A program made the translations under genes and the position numbers. From the NCBI GenBank assembly GCA_003279105.1, contig QCBO01000002.1, positions 40,770-104,769 of the forward strand: DNA of 64,000 nt. The letters run 5' to 3'. Shown in pieces: positions 1-11,691 of this stretch (position 1 is the first letter of the stretch; the number at the start of each line of letters is the position of its first letter). Origin of the DNA: Prochlorococcus sp. AG-347-I19 (GTDB taxonomy: Bacteria; Cyanobacteriota; Cyanobacteriia; PCC-6307; Cyanobiaceae). Under the pieces are notes generated by a model. That model saw nothing but the letters and a program-made list of their open reading frames with translations, had not been told where the DNA came from and did not search any database.

Positions 1-837
1 AGATTCACCTCTTTCTTCTATTTTTATTTTTAAATTTTTATAAATTTCATCAAATTCTTTCCTTGATTGATCACATAATAATTTCCAAGCTTTAATCGAT
101 TTAATATCTCCACTTTGTAACTTAACTACTTCCTCTCTAGATCTTTCTTGGAATTCAGATTCGTTATCAAATCTTTTTTTTGATTCTTTATAAAATTCAA
201 CTAAATCACTTATCTTGATCTTTCCTATTTCTTCTAGATCATTTGAATATAAATCTTTGAGCTGAGTAATAAGCATGCCAAATTGTGTCCCCCAATCACC
301 AACATGATTGAGTCTTAATACTTCATAACCTCTTAACTCGAAAATTCTAGATATTGAGTCACCTATTATTGTTGATCTTAAATGCCCTACATGCATTTCT
401 TTAGCAATATTAGGACTAGAAAAATCTACAATAACTTTATTAGACAAACCACTATCTAAACAATTTCTAATGAGAGGTATGCCAGCCCTATTGCATTGAA
501 TATTTGACTTAATTTCATTTATTAGAACTTCATCTTTTAATTTTATATTTATAAATCCAGGTCCAGCTATTTCAAGACTTTTACATAATTTTGCTATGCT
601 TTTATTTTTATTTAAAAGGTTAATAAAATCATTAGAAATATCTCTTGGGTTCTTTTTATATATTTTAGATAAACTTAAACAAACATTACATTGATAATCA
701 CCAAATTCCTCTTTTGATGATTGTGAAATTAAATTTTTTCTAAGAATTTCGTATTCTCCTTTTTTATCATTTTTTTCAAGACTATCTAAAAGAGATTCTT
801 CAAATTGTTTTGTTAATTCTTTAAGAATGATTAGCAT
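1..837 (-). CDS. argS: Arginyl-tRNA synthetase, N-terminal part (runs off window start)
   Basis: Manual translation from ATG at 837: [12 protein letters not shown]...FGDYQCN...IAGPGFINI...[24 protein letters not shown]...[11 protein letters not shown], with class I HIGH-type motif. Not in the ORF track because it is truncated. Confidence 0.96.
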   Translation of the reverse strand, partial: MLIILKELTKQFEESLLDSLEKNDKKGEYEILRKNLISQSSKEEFGDYQCNVCLSLSKIYKKNPRDISNDFINLLNKNKSIAKLCKSLEIAGPGFINIKLKDEVLINEIKSNIQCNRAGIPLIRNCLDSGLSNKVIVDFSSPNIAKEMHVGHLRSTIIGDSISRIFELRGYEVLRLNHVGDWGTQFGMLITQLKDLYSNDLEEIGKIKISDLVEFYKESKKRFDNESEFQERSREEVVKLQSGDIKSIKAWKLLCDQSRKEFDEIYKNLKIKIEERGES

Positions 838-864
838 TAATTATTCAACTATTTATCTATATGA

Positions 865-1731
865 TTAATTAATATAACGCATACTCAAATCAATCCAATT
901 ACTTTTGGTGATTGAAGAACTTGTTGAAATCAAATTAATACCTTTTATTAGATATTTACTAATTTCTTGAGGGTTTATTCCAGAAACTTCTATTATCAAA
1001 TTTTTATTGACTTCTTTTTTTAAGCTATTAATTGATAAATCTCTTAATTCTTGAACGCTTTTTTTGATTGTTTCAGGACTAAGTTCATCTAATAAGATAC
1101 TATCCGCTCCTGCTAATACTGCTTCTTTTGCCTGTTCGATATTCTCAGCTTCAATTATGATATGAGTTGTAAAAGGCGAATTTAGGCGAATTTTTTGTAC
1201 TGCGTTCTTAAGATTATCTGTCCATGCAATATGATTTTCTTTGATCATAGCAGCATCGTATAATCCCATTCTATGATTCACCCCACCTCCGCATTTGAAT
1301 GCATATTTTTCAAATATTCTTAAGCCAGGAGTCGTTTTCCTAGTATCTGCTAATTTTATATTTGTGCCTTCTAATTTATCTATAAGATTCTTTGTATATG
1401 TTGATATTCCAGATAAATGCATTGCTATATTTAAGCTAATCCTTTCACTAGCGAGTAAACTTTTTGAGGGTCCATATATTTCTAAGAGTTTTTGATCTTT
1501 AACAAATTTATCTCCATCAGAGATATTAAATTTTGGACTGATTTTTAAATCAATTTTTCTAAAAATTTCTTTTATAATTTCAACCCCACAGAATATACCC
1601 TCCTCTTTTGCAATCCAATATGCATTACCATTCTCTTTTGTAATAGAGGGACTTGTAAGATCTCCCCTACCAATATCTTCATCGATCCAATTATCAATGA
1701 TTTTACTTATTATTGGAGTATTTAAATCCAC
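865..1731 (-). CDS. nadC: Nicotinate-nucleotide pyrophosphorylase (quinolinate phosphoribosyltransferase)
   Basis: EDIGRGDLT, DTRKTTPGLR, HRMGLYDAAMIKENH motifs. GTG at 1731 preferred over the track start at 1797 because homology begins there. Confidence 0.95.
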   Translation of the reverse strand: MDLNTPIISKIIDNWIDEDIGRGDLTSPSITKENGNAYWIAKEEGIFCGVEIIKEIFRKIDLKISPKFNISDGDKFVKDQKLLEIYGPSKSLLASERISLNIAMHLSGISTYTKNLIDKLEGTNIKLADTRKTTPGLRIFEKYAFKCGGGVNHRMGLYDAAMIKENHIAWTDNLKNAVQKIRLNSPFTTHIIIEAENIEQAKEAVLAGADSILLDELSPETIKKSVQELRDLSINSLKKEVNKNLIIEVSGINPQEISKYLIKGINLISTSSSITKSNWIDLSMRYIN

Positions 1732-1814
1732 TAGACTAAAAAAATAATTAATTAATAAAAATTCAACTGAAGTTAGAGAATCAACTATATAGCACAATGT
1801 AATTTAACTCAAAT

Positions 1815-3197
1815 TTATTTACCAATACAAAACTTAGAAAAAATATTATCTAGAAGTTCCTCTGTTAATTCTTGACCAGTTATTTTTGATAAGTTTTGAA
1901 TTCCATCTCTCAGTTCAATTGATAATAAATCAAATGGCAATTTATTTTCAATTATTTCATCAGTATCATTTAAATTAGATAAGCAAGCAGACAAATTTGT
2001 TAGATGTCTTTCGTTTAAAAATATATTGATATTTTCTACTTGTTTTAATCCGCATTTTTTAGTGATTGTGTCTATTAATAATCTTTCACCATCATTATTC
2101 TTAATACTCATAAGAATTGTGTTTTTTAACTCATTTGAATTAATATTTTTGCAATCAATTAAATCTTTTTTATTCCCCAAAATAGTAATTAACTTCTCTT
2201 TGGGAATTTCTTGTATTATTTTTTTGTCTTCTTCATTAAATCCTTCTTCAAGATTATAAATATAAATTATAAAATCTGACTCTTTTATTTTCCCAAAACT
2301 TTTTTTAATTCCAATACTTTCAATTTGTTCATGAGTTTCTCTTATGCCAGCAGTATCAATTATTTTCATTGGAATATCATTAATAGTTAAATTAACTTCA
2401 ATAACATCTCTAGTTGTTCCAGGAATATTAGTTACGATTGCTTTCTCTTTTTTTGCAAGCAAATTTAATAAAGAGCTTTTACCAACATTTGTTTTACCAA
2501 TAAGCGCAATGGATATTCCATTGTGAATATATGAATTTCTTTTTGCATTTTCTATTAATAATTCTATTTTTTCTTTGACTTTTTTAATGTTTTTTAGATA
2601 TTTGGTGTAATCAAAATCTGTGAAGTCTTCTTCAAAATCGACTCTCGCTTCTATTTCGCAAAGTTGATTTATAAGGTCATTTTTAATATCATCAATTTTT
2701 TTCTTTATTTCTCCTTGAACTCCGCTAAAAGCTAACTCTGCTGATCTGGTATTGCTTGCATTAATTAATTGATTAATCGATTCAGCTTGAGTAAGGTCTA
2801 TTTTCCCATTAAGAAAAGCTCTTTGACTAAATTCTCCTGGGTTTGCAAGTCTAACTCTAGAATTACTAGATAATAATATCTTTAAAACTTTATTTACTAT
2901 GATAATTCCGCCATGGCAATGAAGTTCAACTACATCCTCTCCTGTGAAGCTATTTGGTGATTTCATCACTAAAATTAAAACCTCATCTATAAATTTATTT
3001 TGTTTATTTTCCTGAATAAAACCAAGAAAAACCCTATGTGATTCCCATGCATATTTAGATTTAGTTTGAACAATCTTTTTGCAAGAATTTATTGCGTCTT
3101 TCCCTGATACTCTTATTATCGCAACTCCTCCCTTTCCAATACTTATAGCTGAAGCAATTGCGGCTATCGTATCTTCTGTAGTAACTATCGAATCCAT
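1815..3197 (-). CDS. mnmE: tRNA modification GTPase MnmE/TrmE
   Basis: [47 protein letters not shown]-terminal FCIGK. Confidence 0.97.
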   Translation of the reverse strand: MDSIVTTEDTIAAIASAISIGKGGVAIIRVSGKDAINSCKKIVQTKSKYAWESHRVFLGFIQENKQNKFIDEVLILVMKSPNSFTGEDVVELHCHGGIIIVNKVLKILLSSNSRVRLANPGEFSQRAFLNGKIDLTQAESINQLINASNTRSAELAFSGVQGEIKKKIDDIKNDLINQLCEIEARVDFEEDFTDFDYTKYLKNIKKVKEKIELLIENAKRNSYIHNGISIALIGKTNVGKSSLLNLLAKKEKAIVTNIPGTTRDVIEVNLTINDIPMKIIDTAGIRETHEQIESIGIKKSFGKIKESDFIIYIYNLEEGFNEEDKKIIQEIPKEKLITILGNKKDLIDCKNINSNELKNTILMSIKNNDGERLLIDTITKKCGLKQVENINIFLNERHLTNLSACLSNLNDTDEIIENKLPFDLLSIELRDGIQNLSKITGQELTEELLDNIFSKFCIGK

Positions 3198-3263
3198 CTC
3201 TCGCTTTGTTATGGATAATTAAGTAAGATTATCAAGAATTTAATTTTGAAATTTTCTTTCTGA

Positions 3264-3707
3264 ATGAGATTTAAAAGAGATATTACCTATAAGAAAATTC
3301 TATCATTATTTAGGAATCAGAATGGAAGTCCTTTATTTAATGCTAAAGGTCTAGCTATAGGGGTATTTAGTGGTTGCTTTCCTTTTTTTGGATTTCAGAC
3401 TTTAATGGGGGTATTTTTTGCGAAAATAGCTAGGGGAAATATTGTTCTAGCTGCAATTGGTACCTGGATCAGCAACCCTTTTACTTATATTCCACTTTAT
3501 TATTTTAACTATAAAGTTGGTTCGATTTTTTTAAATAATCCTTCTAATAAAATTCTTGAAAAAAGTTTAGTTATTGATGACTTATGGAAACAAGGTAGAG
3601 TTTTTTCCCTAAAATTACTCTTAGGTTCATCTTGTGTAGGTATTTTATTAGCTTTGATTTGCGGCAGTATTGTTTTCTTTATCTACAAGATAAAAAGTAA
3701 AAGATAG
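3264..3707 (+). CDS. DUF2062-family membrane protein
   Basis: Hydrophobic 147 aa with GLAIGVFSGCFPFFGFQT and WISNPFTYIPLY motifs typical of the family. Confidence 0.75.
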   Translation: MRFKRDITYKKILSLFRNQNGSPLFNAKGLAIGVFSGCFPFFGFQTLMGVFFAKIARGNIVLAAIGTWISNPFTYIPLYYFNYKVGSIFLNNPSNKILEKSLVIDDLWKQGRVFSLKLLLGSSCVGILLALICGSIVFFIYKIKSKR

Positions 3708-3725
3708 ATTGATCTGATTTCAAAT

Positions 3726-6035
3726 TTAACTTTGTCCAACTCTGGCAATATCTAAAACATCTGCCATTGATTTAATTTGTTCAATTGTTTTGTGAAGTTG
3801 ATTATAACTTTCAAGACCTACACAAAGATTTATAATAGCTGGTTTACCATAAGCAGTTTTAACATTGGCATCGCTGACGTTTATACCTTTATCAGATAAC
3901 CTCATAAGAATATCTTTAAGAACTCCAACTCGATCAATTACTTCTATTCGTAGCTGAATTGGAAACTTATTATCGCCAGTTTTATTATCTTGATTCCAAC
4001 CGACAGGTAATCTTCTCTCTATTGGAATTGGTATTACATTTTCACAATCTTCCCTATGTATAGTTATCCCATGATTGCCGAGCGACACAGTTCCGATAAT
4101 ATCCTCGCCTGGGAGTGGGGCACAGCATTTACCTATTCTGTAATCAAGACCTTCTATCCCGGAAATTGGTGATTTAGCTGCTGTATTAGATTGATTATTG
4201 GATAAATTATTATTACTTTTAAGAGATTTTGCTATTTCAGAGTCAGAATCATTTTTTACATCTTCTGTCTGTAATTTTATTTCTTCTCTTAGTCTGTTTA
4301 ATACTTGATGCAAAGTTAAACCACCAAAACCAAGAGATGCAAGAAGGTCTTCAGTAGTTTTTAAATTGCATCGATTTGCAACTTTTTTCATGGCTTCACT
4401 AGAAAGTAATGCTTCAAAACCGTTTCTACCTACTTCTTTTTCAAGTAAATCTCTACCTCTTTTAATCGTTTCATCACGATGGCTTTTCTTATACCATTGG
4501 CGAATTCTATTTTTAGCAGTTGGTGTAACTACAAAGTTCAGCCAATCCAAGCTTGGATTGGCATTATTACTTGTCAAAATTTCTATGAAGTCACCATTTT
4601 GAAGTGTTGTAGATAATGGAGAAAGTTTTTCATTAATTCTTATTCCGTTACAGTGATTTCCAACTTCAGAATGGATTCTGTAGGCGAAATCTATCGCGGT
4701 AGATCCTTTCCTTAAACCAACAACATCTCCTTTTGGAGTGATCACAAATACTTCTTCATCAAATAAATCCTCTTTAATTGAAGCTAAATAATCATTATGA
4801 TCCCTTTCATTTCCTTCTTGTTGCCATTCTACTAATTGTCTTAGCCAATTAAATCTCTCGGCATTACTTTTAGCAGGAGAACCACCCTCTTTGTATTGCC
4901 AATGAGCGGCAATACCATATTCAGCAATTTGATGCATCGAAGTAGTTCTAATTTGAACTTCAATAGGTCGATGTCTTCCAATCACAGAAGTGTGTAAGGA
5001 CTGATATCCATTGGGTTTTGGTAATCCTATATAGTCTTTAAATCTACCTGGAATTGGTTTGAAAGTATCATGAACAACTGCTAAAGCTCTGTAACAACTA
5101 TCTGAATTGTCCACGATAATTCTTAGAGCAGCAACATCATAAATCTCGTGAAAATGCTTTTGTTGTCTTTCCATTTTGCTCCAGATGCCATAAAGATGTT
5201 TTGGCCTTCCTGTTATTTCAAAATTTTTCAAACCTGCTGAAATCAAGTTTTCCTTCATAAGATTCAAAGTTACTTTTAATCTTTTTTCTCTATCACTTCT
5301 TTTAACGGCGATTTGATCTTTAAGATCTAGATATTCTTTAGGCTCTAGGAATTTAAAAGCTAAATCTTCTAATTCCCATTTAAATCTGTTTATTCCTAGT
5401 CGATTAGCTAATGGTGCATAAATCTCTCTTGTTTCTCTAGCTATTCTTAGTTTTTTCTCATCATTTAGCCATTCAATTGTTCTCATGTTATGAAGTCGAT
5501 CTGCAAGTTTTACTAAGACAACTCTGATATCGCTGGCCATAGCCAAAAACATTTTCCTAAGATTTTCAGCTTGTGCTTCAGTTCTGTTGTTAAAGTGAAT
5601 GCCGCCTAATTTTGTTACACCCTCTACGAGTATTTTTACTTCTAATCCAAAATTTGTTTCTATTTCGGATAAATCAATGCCAGTATCTTCAACTACATCA
5701 TGTAAAAGGCCTGCAGCAATAACAGATGAACTAGCACCTATTTCTTTAAGGAGATTTGCAACAGCAACCGGGTGGATAATGTATGGCTCGCCGCTCGCGC
5801 GGAATTGTCCATCATGAGCTTTATAAGCAAGTTTAAAAGCCTTTACTATAAGGTTTTGATTCTCATCATTTTCTTTATTTGATTTTTCAAAATTATGAAT
5901 ATCCTTAATAAGCCAATCGGGAATGTTTATTTGATAATTCAAAGATTCACTTTCATATTTTTTATTTTCAGGCAAAATAGTTTTGGAAACTTCAATTTCG
6001 TTTTTTTCTTTTGAATTTGCAGCTGCCTCAGACAT
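3726..6035 (-). CDS. spoT: Bifunctional (p)ppGpp synthetase/hydrolase (RelA/SpoT)
   Basis: HD domain (LLHDVVEDT), KLADRLHNMRT, GRPKHLYGI, YQSLHT, TGS and ACT domains. Confidence 0.96.
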   Translation of the reverse strand: MSEAAANSKEKNEIEVSKTILPENKKYESESLNYQINIPDWLIKDIHNFEKSNKENDENQNLIVKAFKLAYKAHDGQFRASGEPYIIHPVAVANLLKEIGASSSVIAAGLLHDVVEDTGIDLSEIETNFGLEVKILVEGVTKLGGIHFNNRTEAQAENLRKMFLAMASDIRVVLVKLADRLHNMRTIEWLNDEKKLRIARETREIYAPLANRLGINRFKWELEDLAFKFLEPKEYLDLKDQIAVKRSDREKRLKVTLNLMKENLISAGLKNFEITGRPKHLYGIWSKMERQQKHFHEIYDVAALRIIVDNSDSCYRALAVVHDTFKPIPGRFKDYIGLPKPNGYQSLHTSVIGRHRPIEVQIRTTSMHQIAEYGIAAHWQYKEGGSPAKSNAERFNWLRQLVEWQQEGNERDHNDYLASIKEDLFDEEVFVITPKGDVVGLRKGSTAIDFAYRIHSEVGNHCNGIRINEKLSPLSTTLQNGDFIEILTSNNANPSLDWLNFVVTPTAKNRIRQWYKKSHRDETIKRGRDLLEKEVGRNGFEALLSSEAMKKVANRCNLKTTEDLLASLGFGGLTLHQVLNRLREEIKLQTEDVKNDSDSEIAKSLKSNNNLSNNQSNTAAKSPISGIEGLDYRIGKCCAPLPGEDIIGTVSLGNHGITIHREDCENVIPIPIERRLPVGWNQDNKTGDNKFPIQLRIEVIDRVGVLKDILMRLSDKGINVSDANVKTAYGKPAIINLCVGLESYNQLHKTIEQIKSMADVLDIARVGQS

Positions 6036-6089
6036 TTTATATTGCTTTAGGTGTATTTTATTTAGGTCTAGAAAAATTTGCTATAAATC

Positions 6090-7688
6090 ATGGAAAAAAA
6101 TAAAGAAAAAATTATTGTAGTTAAAAATCTTACCGTTAAATATGGTCTAAAACAGCAACCTATCATCAAAAATTTTAATTTGGAAATAGATAGTGGAGAT
6201 CATTTGGCCATAATAGGACCTTCTGGATGTGGAAAGACCACTTTTGCAAAAACATTAGTAAATATATTGCCTGAAAAGGCCACTTCTAAAGGGTATCTAT
6301 CGATTTTGAGTATAGATCCTAGGAAAATAAAAAACAAAGATGCACAAATATTCAGAAGAAAGAATTTTGGATTTATTTATCAAGACTCTATAAAAAAACT
6401 TAATCCGTTAATGAGAGTTGGGGATCATTTATATGAATTATTTAAAACACATGATCAAACTAAATCATCTTTAGCTATTAAAAAATTAGTAAGAGAAGTT
6501 TTTCAAAAAGTCGGAATTGAAGAAAGTAGACTTGATTCTTTTCCCCATCAATTTAGCGGTGGAATGAGACAGAGAGTTTCTATAGCAATGGCACTTGCTT
6601 TGAAACCTAAATTATTAATAGCTGATGAACCTACAACAAGCTTAGATACCAAAACAAGTTTTGAAATTATGCAAGAAATAATTCATCTATGTAATGAATT
6701 TGATACAACTTTAATTTTAATTAGTCATGATATTAATCTTGCAGCAAAGTGGTGTAAAAAAGTTGCAATAATTGAAAAGGGATCGATTGTTGAAAAAGGG
6801 AATATATTAGATATTTTTCAATCACCAAAATCAGATATCGGGAAAAAGTTAGTAAATGCTTCAAAAATAGTATTAGAACCAAATACTGAAAATAATGCTC
6901 GAGATGAGGTCGTTCTAGAGGTAAATAACCTAAGACATTGGTATAAATTAAATTCTTCAATTTTCATTAATAAATGGAATAAGGCTTTGAATGAAGTTAG
7001 TTTTAAGTTATATGAGAATGAGACTCTTGGAATAGTTGGTTCTTCAGGGAGTGGCAAAAGTACATTATGTAGGGCTTTAATTGGACTTCTTAAAGTAAGA
7101 GGTGGTGAAATCAAAATTTATGATAAAAATCATGTATCGAAAAAAAATAAATCTTTTAAAAAGAACAATAAAGTGCAAATTATTTTTCAAGATCCTTTTT
7201 CAAGTTTGAATCCGAAAATGACAATTAAAAATATTTTGGAAGATATATTTTTTATTCAAAAAATTTCAGATAAAAGAAAAATCGAAAAAGAAATAAGATT
7301 AATGTTAAGAAATTTAAATCTTCCCTTAAAGAGTGATTTTTTAAATTCTTATCCTAACCAATTATCTGGTGGTCAATTGCAAAGAATTTCATTGGCTAGG
7401 GCGCTATTGTTGAAGCCAAAAATTTTAATTTGTGATGAGAGCGTAAATATGTTGGATGCTTCAGTAAAAATAGAGATTCTTGAATTACTAAGAGTCTTTC
7501 AAGAAAAAATGAATTTAACGATTATTTTTATTACCCATGATTTAGGCATTGCTAAAAGATTTTGTAATAGGTTGCTAGTTATGAATCATGGAAAGATAGT
7601 TGATGAAGGAGAAAGTTCTACAATATTCACTAAAACTCAAAACCCTTATACAAAATCGCTTCTAAATTCCTCTTTAAATCTCATTTAA
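6090..7688 (+). CDS. ABC transporter ATP-binding protein with two fused ATPase domains (Dpp/Opp D-F type)
   Basis: Two Walker A motifs (GPSGCGKT, GSSGSGKS), signatures FSGGMRQR and LSGGQLQR, H-loops SHD and THD. Confidence 0.9.
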   Translation: MEKNKEKIIVVKNLTVKYGLKQQPIIKNFNLEIDSGDHLAIIGPSGCGKTTFAKTLVNILPEKATSKGYLSILSIDPRKIKNKDAQIFRRKNFGFIYQDSIKKLNPLMRVGDHLYELFKTHDQTKSSLAIKKLVREVFQKVGIEESRLDSFPHQFSGGMRQRVSIAMALALKPKLLIADEPTTSLDTKTSFEIMQEIIHLCNEFDTTLILISHDINLAAKWCKKVAIIEKGSIVEKGNILDIFQSPKSDIGKKLVNASKIVLEPNTENNARDEVVLEVNNLRHWYKLNSSIFINKWNKALNEVSFKLYENETLGIVGSSGSGKSTLCRALIGLLKVRGGEIKIYDKNHVSKKNKSFKKNNKVQIIFQDPFSSLNPKMTIKNILEDIFFIQKISDKRKIEKEIRLMLRNLNLPLKSDFLNSYPNQLSGGQLQRISLARALLLKPKILICDESVNMLDASVKIEILELLRVFQEKMNLTIIFITHDLGIAKRFCNRLLVMNHGKIVDEGESSTIFTKTQNPYTKSLLNSSLNLI

Positions 7689-8640
7689 CTTTAAGAACAC
7701 TTAGTAATTTTTGAAAATCTAATGGTAATTCTGATTCAAATATCATTTCTTTACCATTTATTGGATGTATAAGTCCAAGCTTGATGGCGTGTAAAGCTTG
7801 GCCATCTAATTTACAGGGCAGTTTTTTACATCTTCCATATAATGGATCACCCACAATTGGATGATTTATGTGAGCGCAATGAACTCTTATTTGATGCGTT
7901 CGCCCCGTATCTAGTTTGAAACTCATTAATGAGTAATTGCCAAATCTTTCTTCTAATTTCCAATAGGTACAGGCATACCTTCCTGAAGTTTCTTCAACTA
8001 CTTTATATTTCAATCTATTTAATTTATCTCTGCCAATGTGTCCCACTATTTGGCCTTCTTCAGAATTAGGTGCTCCATGAATTACTGCAATATATTCGCG
8101 TGATGCTATTTTTTCTTTAATTTGTTTCTGGAGATTTATTAATGCCTCTTGGCTTTTTGCAACCACCATACATCCGGAGGTATCTTTATCTAATCTGTGA
8201 ACAATCCCAGGTCTTAATTTCCCATTAATTCCAGGCAGATCTTTACAGTGAAAAAGTAATCCATTCACTAAAGTTCCAGATTTGTGTCCAGGAGCTGGAT
8301 GAACTATTAGACCTGATTGTTTATTGATGACTATAATATGCTCGTCTTCAAAAAGGATATTTAAATCCATTTTTTCAGGTTTCAAATAAATAAGAGGTTC
8401 TGGAGGAGGCATCCAAATTTGGACATTGTCGCCATTTTTTAATGGGGTCTTTGCTTTTGCGGTCTTATAGTTTACAAGTACTAAACCTGAATTTATAAAA
8501 TGTTGAATTCTTGCTCTACTTTGTTCTGGCCTTTTACTTACCAACCATCTGTCTAGCCTCATAGGCAGAGGTTGCTCATAAATAATTTCTATAAGCTCAC
8601 CTTCTCCAATCCCGAAAGAATTTTGATTATTTAATGCCAT
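7681..8640 (-). CDS. rluD: RluA/RluD-family 23S rRNA pseudouridine synthase
   Basis: S4-like N-terminus (RLDRWL), VHRLDKDTSG, TGRTHQIRVH. Confidence 0.9.
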   Translation of the reverse strand: MALNNQNSFGIGEGELIEIIYEQPLPMRLDRWLVSKRPEQSRARIQHFINSGLVLVNYKTAKAKTPLKNGDNVQIWMPPPEPLIYLKPEKMDLNILFEDEHIIVINKQSGLIVHPAPGHKSGTLVNGLLFHCKDLPGINGKLRPGIVHRLDKDTSGCMVVAKSQEALINLQKQIKEKIASREYIAVIHGAPNSEEGQIVGHIGRDKLNRLKYKVVEETSGRYACTYWKLEERFGNYSLMSFKLDTGRTHQIRVHCAHINHPIVGDPLYGRCKKLPCKLDGQALHAIKLGLIHPINGKEMIFESELPLDFQKLLSVLKVK

Positions 8641-9503
8641 AGTGGGACTTCTAAAGCAATTTTACCCAGCATTTGATTTCTATAATCCTCCAATAACTTA
8701 TGAGACATTCTCCTTTTATCACCTGAGGTATGTTTTGAAGCTGCTTCGTTGATCCAAGCAGAAGGACTCTTAAAGCCTTTGGTAATATCAACTCCATATC
8801 TGTTAGATATTTGTTTAACTGAGATATTTGCATTCTTATCTTTGTTGAGAGTGGATATAATTTTGATAAACCCAATTGCGACACTCTCTATTTCATAAGC
8901 AGCTTCACCAATATCGTCACACATTGCAAGATTAAGTGCTGATTTTTGATCTTCTAAATTTGGAGGTATAACACCAGGAGCATCTAGCAGATCTATACCA
9001 CTTTCTAATTTTATCCATCTTAAATTACGGGTCACGCCTGCTTTCCTAGCGCTATCTACAACTCTTTTTTTTGCAATTCTATTAATTAATGCTGACTTTC
9101 CTACGTTTGGAAAACCAAGTGTAAGGGCTCTAATTGGCCTAATTCGCATTCCTCTAGAGAGTCTTCTATCGTCAATTGACGACCTAGAATCTTTGGCTGA
9201 CTTACAAATTTCTTTAATCCCTATTCCTCTTTTAGCATCACACCAAAGAGGATATTGATCTTTATCATTAAACCATTTGTTCCAACTATTGATTGTATGA
9301 GGGGAGATCATGTCTGATCTGTTAATAACAAGAATATGTTTTTTATTATTTATCCATTTATTTAAGTGTGGATGTCCTGTTGACAAAGGAATTCGTGCAT
9401 CTCTAACTTCTATCACTAAATCTACTTTATTGATAACTTCAGATAATTTCTTTTCTGCTTTTGCGATATGGCCTGGGTACCATTGGATTTTGGGTATGTC
9501 CAC
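8631..9503 (-). CDS. ylqF: Ribosome biogenesis GTPase YlqF/RbgA
   Basis: IQWYPGHIAKA, EVRDARIP, circularly permuted G motifs (NRSD, GFPNVGKS, DAPG). Confidence 0.93.
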   Translation of the reverse strand: MDIPKIQWYPGHIAKAEKKLSEVINKVDLVIEVRDARIPLSTGHPHLNKWINNKKHILVINRSDMISPHTINSWNKWFNDKDQYPLWCDAKRGIGIKEICKSAKDSRSSIDDRRLSRGMRIRPIRALTLGFPNVGKSALINRIAKKRVVDSARKAGVTRNLRWIKLESGIDLLDAPGVIPPNLEDQKSALNLAMCDDIGEAAYEIESVAIGFIKIISTLNKDKNANISVKQISNRYGVDITKGFKSPSAWINEAASKHTSGDKRRMSHKLLEDYRNQMLGKIALEVPLWH

Positions 9504-9715
9504 TTCAATAAATCAAATAAAATTTTGTATTCCTTTTAGTTTTATAAGTTTCAAAAGTATTTACTTCTAAATTTTAGTATAAATTTAATGACTAAAAAAT
9601 TTTTATAATCGTTAATTTTTAAAATTTATTAAGGCATAAGTAACAGTAACTACTTTTTAACCCAATAATCCCAAATTAACGTTAGGGTCTTGGGATTATA
9701 AATATAGCTTGTTTA

Positions 9716-10924
9716 ATGTCAAAATTATCTCTTTCCAATCTTGATAAGACACTTTTAGAAGGGAAAAAAGTTCTTGTAAGAGTAGATTTTAATGTTCCAT
9801 TAAATGAAGATGGTCAAATAACCGACGATACGCGTATTCGTGCAGCGATCCCAACTATTGAATATCTTATTAATCATTCCGCAAAAGTTATTTTAGCTGC
9901 TCATTTTGGTAGACCAAAGGGTCAGGTAAATGAAAAAATGAGATTAACTTCAGTAGCAGCAAGATTAAGTGAATTGTTGGGGCAAAATGTTGCTCTTACT
10001 AACAGTTGTATTGGTGATGAAGCAGTTGCACAATCTAATAGCTTATCTAATGGAGATGTTCTTTTACTTGAAAACGTTCGTTTTTTTGGTGAAGAGGAAA
10101 AGAACGACCTAGAGTTTGCTAAAAAATTAGCATCACATGCAGATATGTATGTAAATGATGCTTTCGGTGCTGCTCATAGAGCGCATGCTTCAACTCAGGG
10201 TGTTACAAATTATTTAAGTCCCTCAGTAGCTGGATTTCTTTTAGAAAAAGAATTGAAATACCTACAGGGAGCTGTAGATTCCCCAAATCGTCCATTGGCA
10301 GCAATAGTTGGAGGATCAAAGGTTAGTAGCAAAATAGGAGTACTTGATTCTTTACTAGATAAGTGTGACAAAATCATGATTGGTGGAGGTATGATTTTTA
10401 CTTTTTATAAAGCTAGAGGTCTGGATGTCGGCAAGAGCCTTGTAGAAGAAGATAAACTCGAGCTTGCTAAAGATCTAGAAGCCAAAGCAAAAGCAAAAGG
10501 AGTAGAGTTGCTATTACCCACTGATGTTGTTTTGGCGGATGAATTTTCTCCTGAAGCCAATAGTAAAATATCTCAAATTGATGAAATTAGTGGGAATTGG
10601 ATGGGTCTAGATATTGGTCCAGATTCCATTAAAGTTTTTCAGAATGCTCTTGCAGAATGTAAGACGATTATTTGGAATGGTCCAATGGGAGTTTTTGAAT
10701 TTGATAAATTTGCAGACGGTACAAATGCAATAGCTACGACTCTTGCGGACTTAGGTGCTTTTTCTGAAGTTTGTACAATAATTGGTGGTGGAGATTCAGT
10801 TGCAGCAGTTGAAAAAGCTGGATTAGCTGAGAAAATGTCTCATATATCTACTGGAGGTGGGGCTAGTTTGGAACTTTTAGAAGGTAAAACTTTACCAGGT
10901 GTGGCTGCGTTAAACGACGCTTAG
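9716..10924 (+). CDS. pgk: Phosphoglycerate kinase
   Basis: [50 protein letters not shown]. Confidence 0.99.
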   Translation: MSKLSLSNLDKTLLEGKKVLVRVDFNVPLNEDGQITDDTRIRAAIPTIEYLINHSAKVILAAHFGRPKGQVNEKMRLTSVAARLSELLGQNVALTNSCIGDEAVAQSNSLSNGDVLLLENVRFFGEEEKNDLEFAKKLASHADMYVNDAFGAAHRAHASTQGVTNYLSPSVAGFLLEKELKYLQGAVDSPNRPLAAIVGGSKVSSKIGVLDSLLDKCDKIMIGGGMIFTFYKARGLDVGKSLVEEDKLELAKDLEAKAKAKGVELLLPTDVVLADEFSPEANSKISQIDEISGNWMGLDIGPDSIKVFQNALAECKTIIWNGPMGVFEFDKFADGTNAIATTLADLGAFSEVCTIIGGGDSVAAVEKAGLAEKMSHISTGGGASLELLEGKTLPGVAALNDA

Positions 10925-10925
10925 G

Positions 10926-11660
10926 CTACATCTTATCAACAATATCAATGCTCTTTGTGAAAGTAATCATTCCTTCAGGATGAGCTATGATTCCTGACCA
11001 AATTTGTATCCCTGGTTTTGAAGGGGCTCTTGTTATTCTAAAAATCCCTCCAGAAGCCAATGGCTCCAATAATATTTCTTGTTCAAACAATGAATTAATT
11101 TGATGAGGTTTTATAGCTCCAGCAATAATCACTTCTTCAAGAGGCTTATTTAGAATTATATCGATATCGTATTTTGAACCAGTAAGAACTCTATCAGGAA
11201 TTTTAAAACTAATATCTATTTTTTTATTATCGTTTCTTATTGTAGTGAATAAATTTTTGATAATCCCTTCATTTATTTTCCCATTTACGATTGAAAATAA
11301 ATAATCAAATTTGGATTCGAGTATATATATTTCTCCATTAACTATTTTTTCCCCTAAAACTTTTATTCGCAAAATATCTTCATTTGGAATATTAGATTTT
11401 AATTTTTTGATCTTCCATTTGCTGTTAGGAAAATCATTAATAATCTTTGAAAATTGTTTTGGTATATTTTGGCTTTCTTCATTTCTAAAATTTTTTCTAA
11501 TGAATTCTAAATCTTTTGCATTTAAGGATTTTTCTAGATTTCTTATAAAATCAACTTTCAAAGTTTGCGTTATTGCTGAATAGGGAAAAATAAGATAAAC
11601 AAATAAATAGAGAAGAAATCCTATATTTTTGAATAAGTTTAAATTAAACATATTAATCAT
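10926..11660 (-). CDS. Conserved hypothetical protein, probably exported or membrane-anchored
   Basis: 244-aa ORF with hydrophobic N-terminus and a C-terminal PLASGGIFR...PG.QIWSG..AHP.G motif. Function not recognised. Confidence 0.75.
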   Translation of the reverse strand: MINMFNLNLFKNIGFLLYLFVYLIFPYSAITQTLKVDFIRNLEKSLNAKDLEFIRKNFRNEESQNIPKQFSKIINDFPNSKWKIKKLKSNIPNEDILRIKVLGEKIVNGEIYILESKFDYLFSIVNGKINEGIIKNLFTTIRNDNKKIDISFKIPDRVLTGSKYDIDIILNKPLEEVIIAGAIKPHQINSLFEQEILLEPLASGGIFRITRAPSKPGIQIWSGIIAHPEGMITFTKSIDIVDKM

Positions 11661-11691
11661 TGGTTATTTTATTCTACTATTTTAGGTTTTA

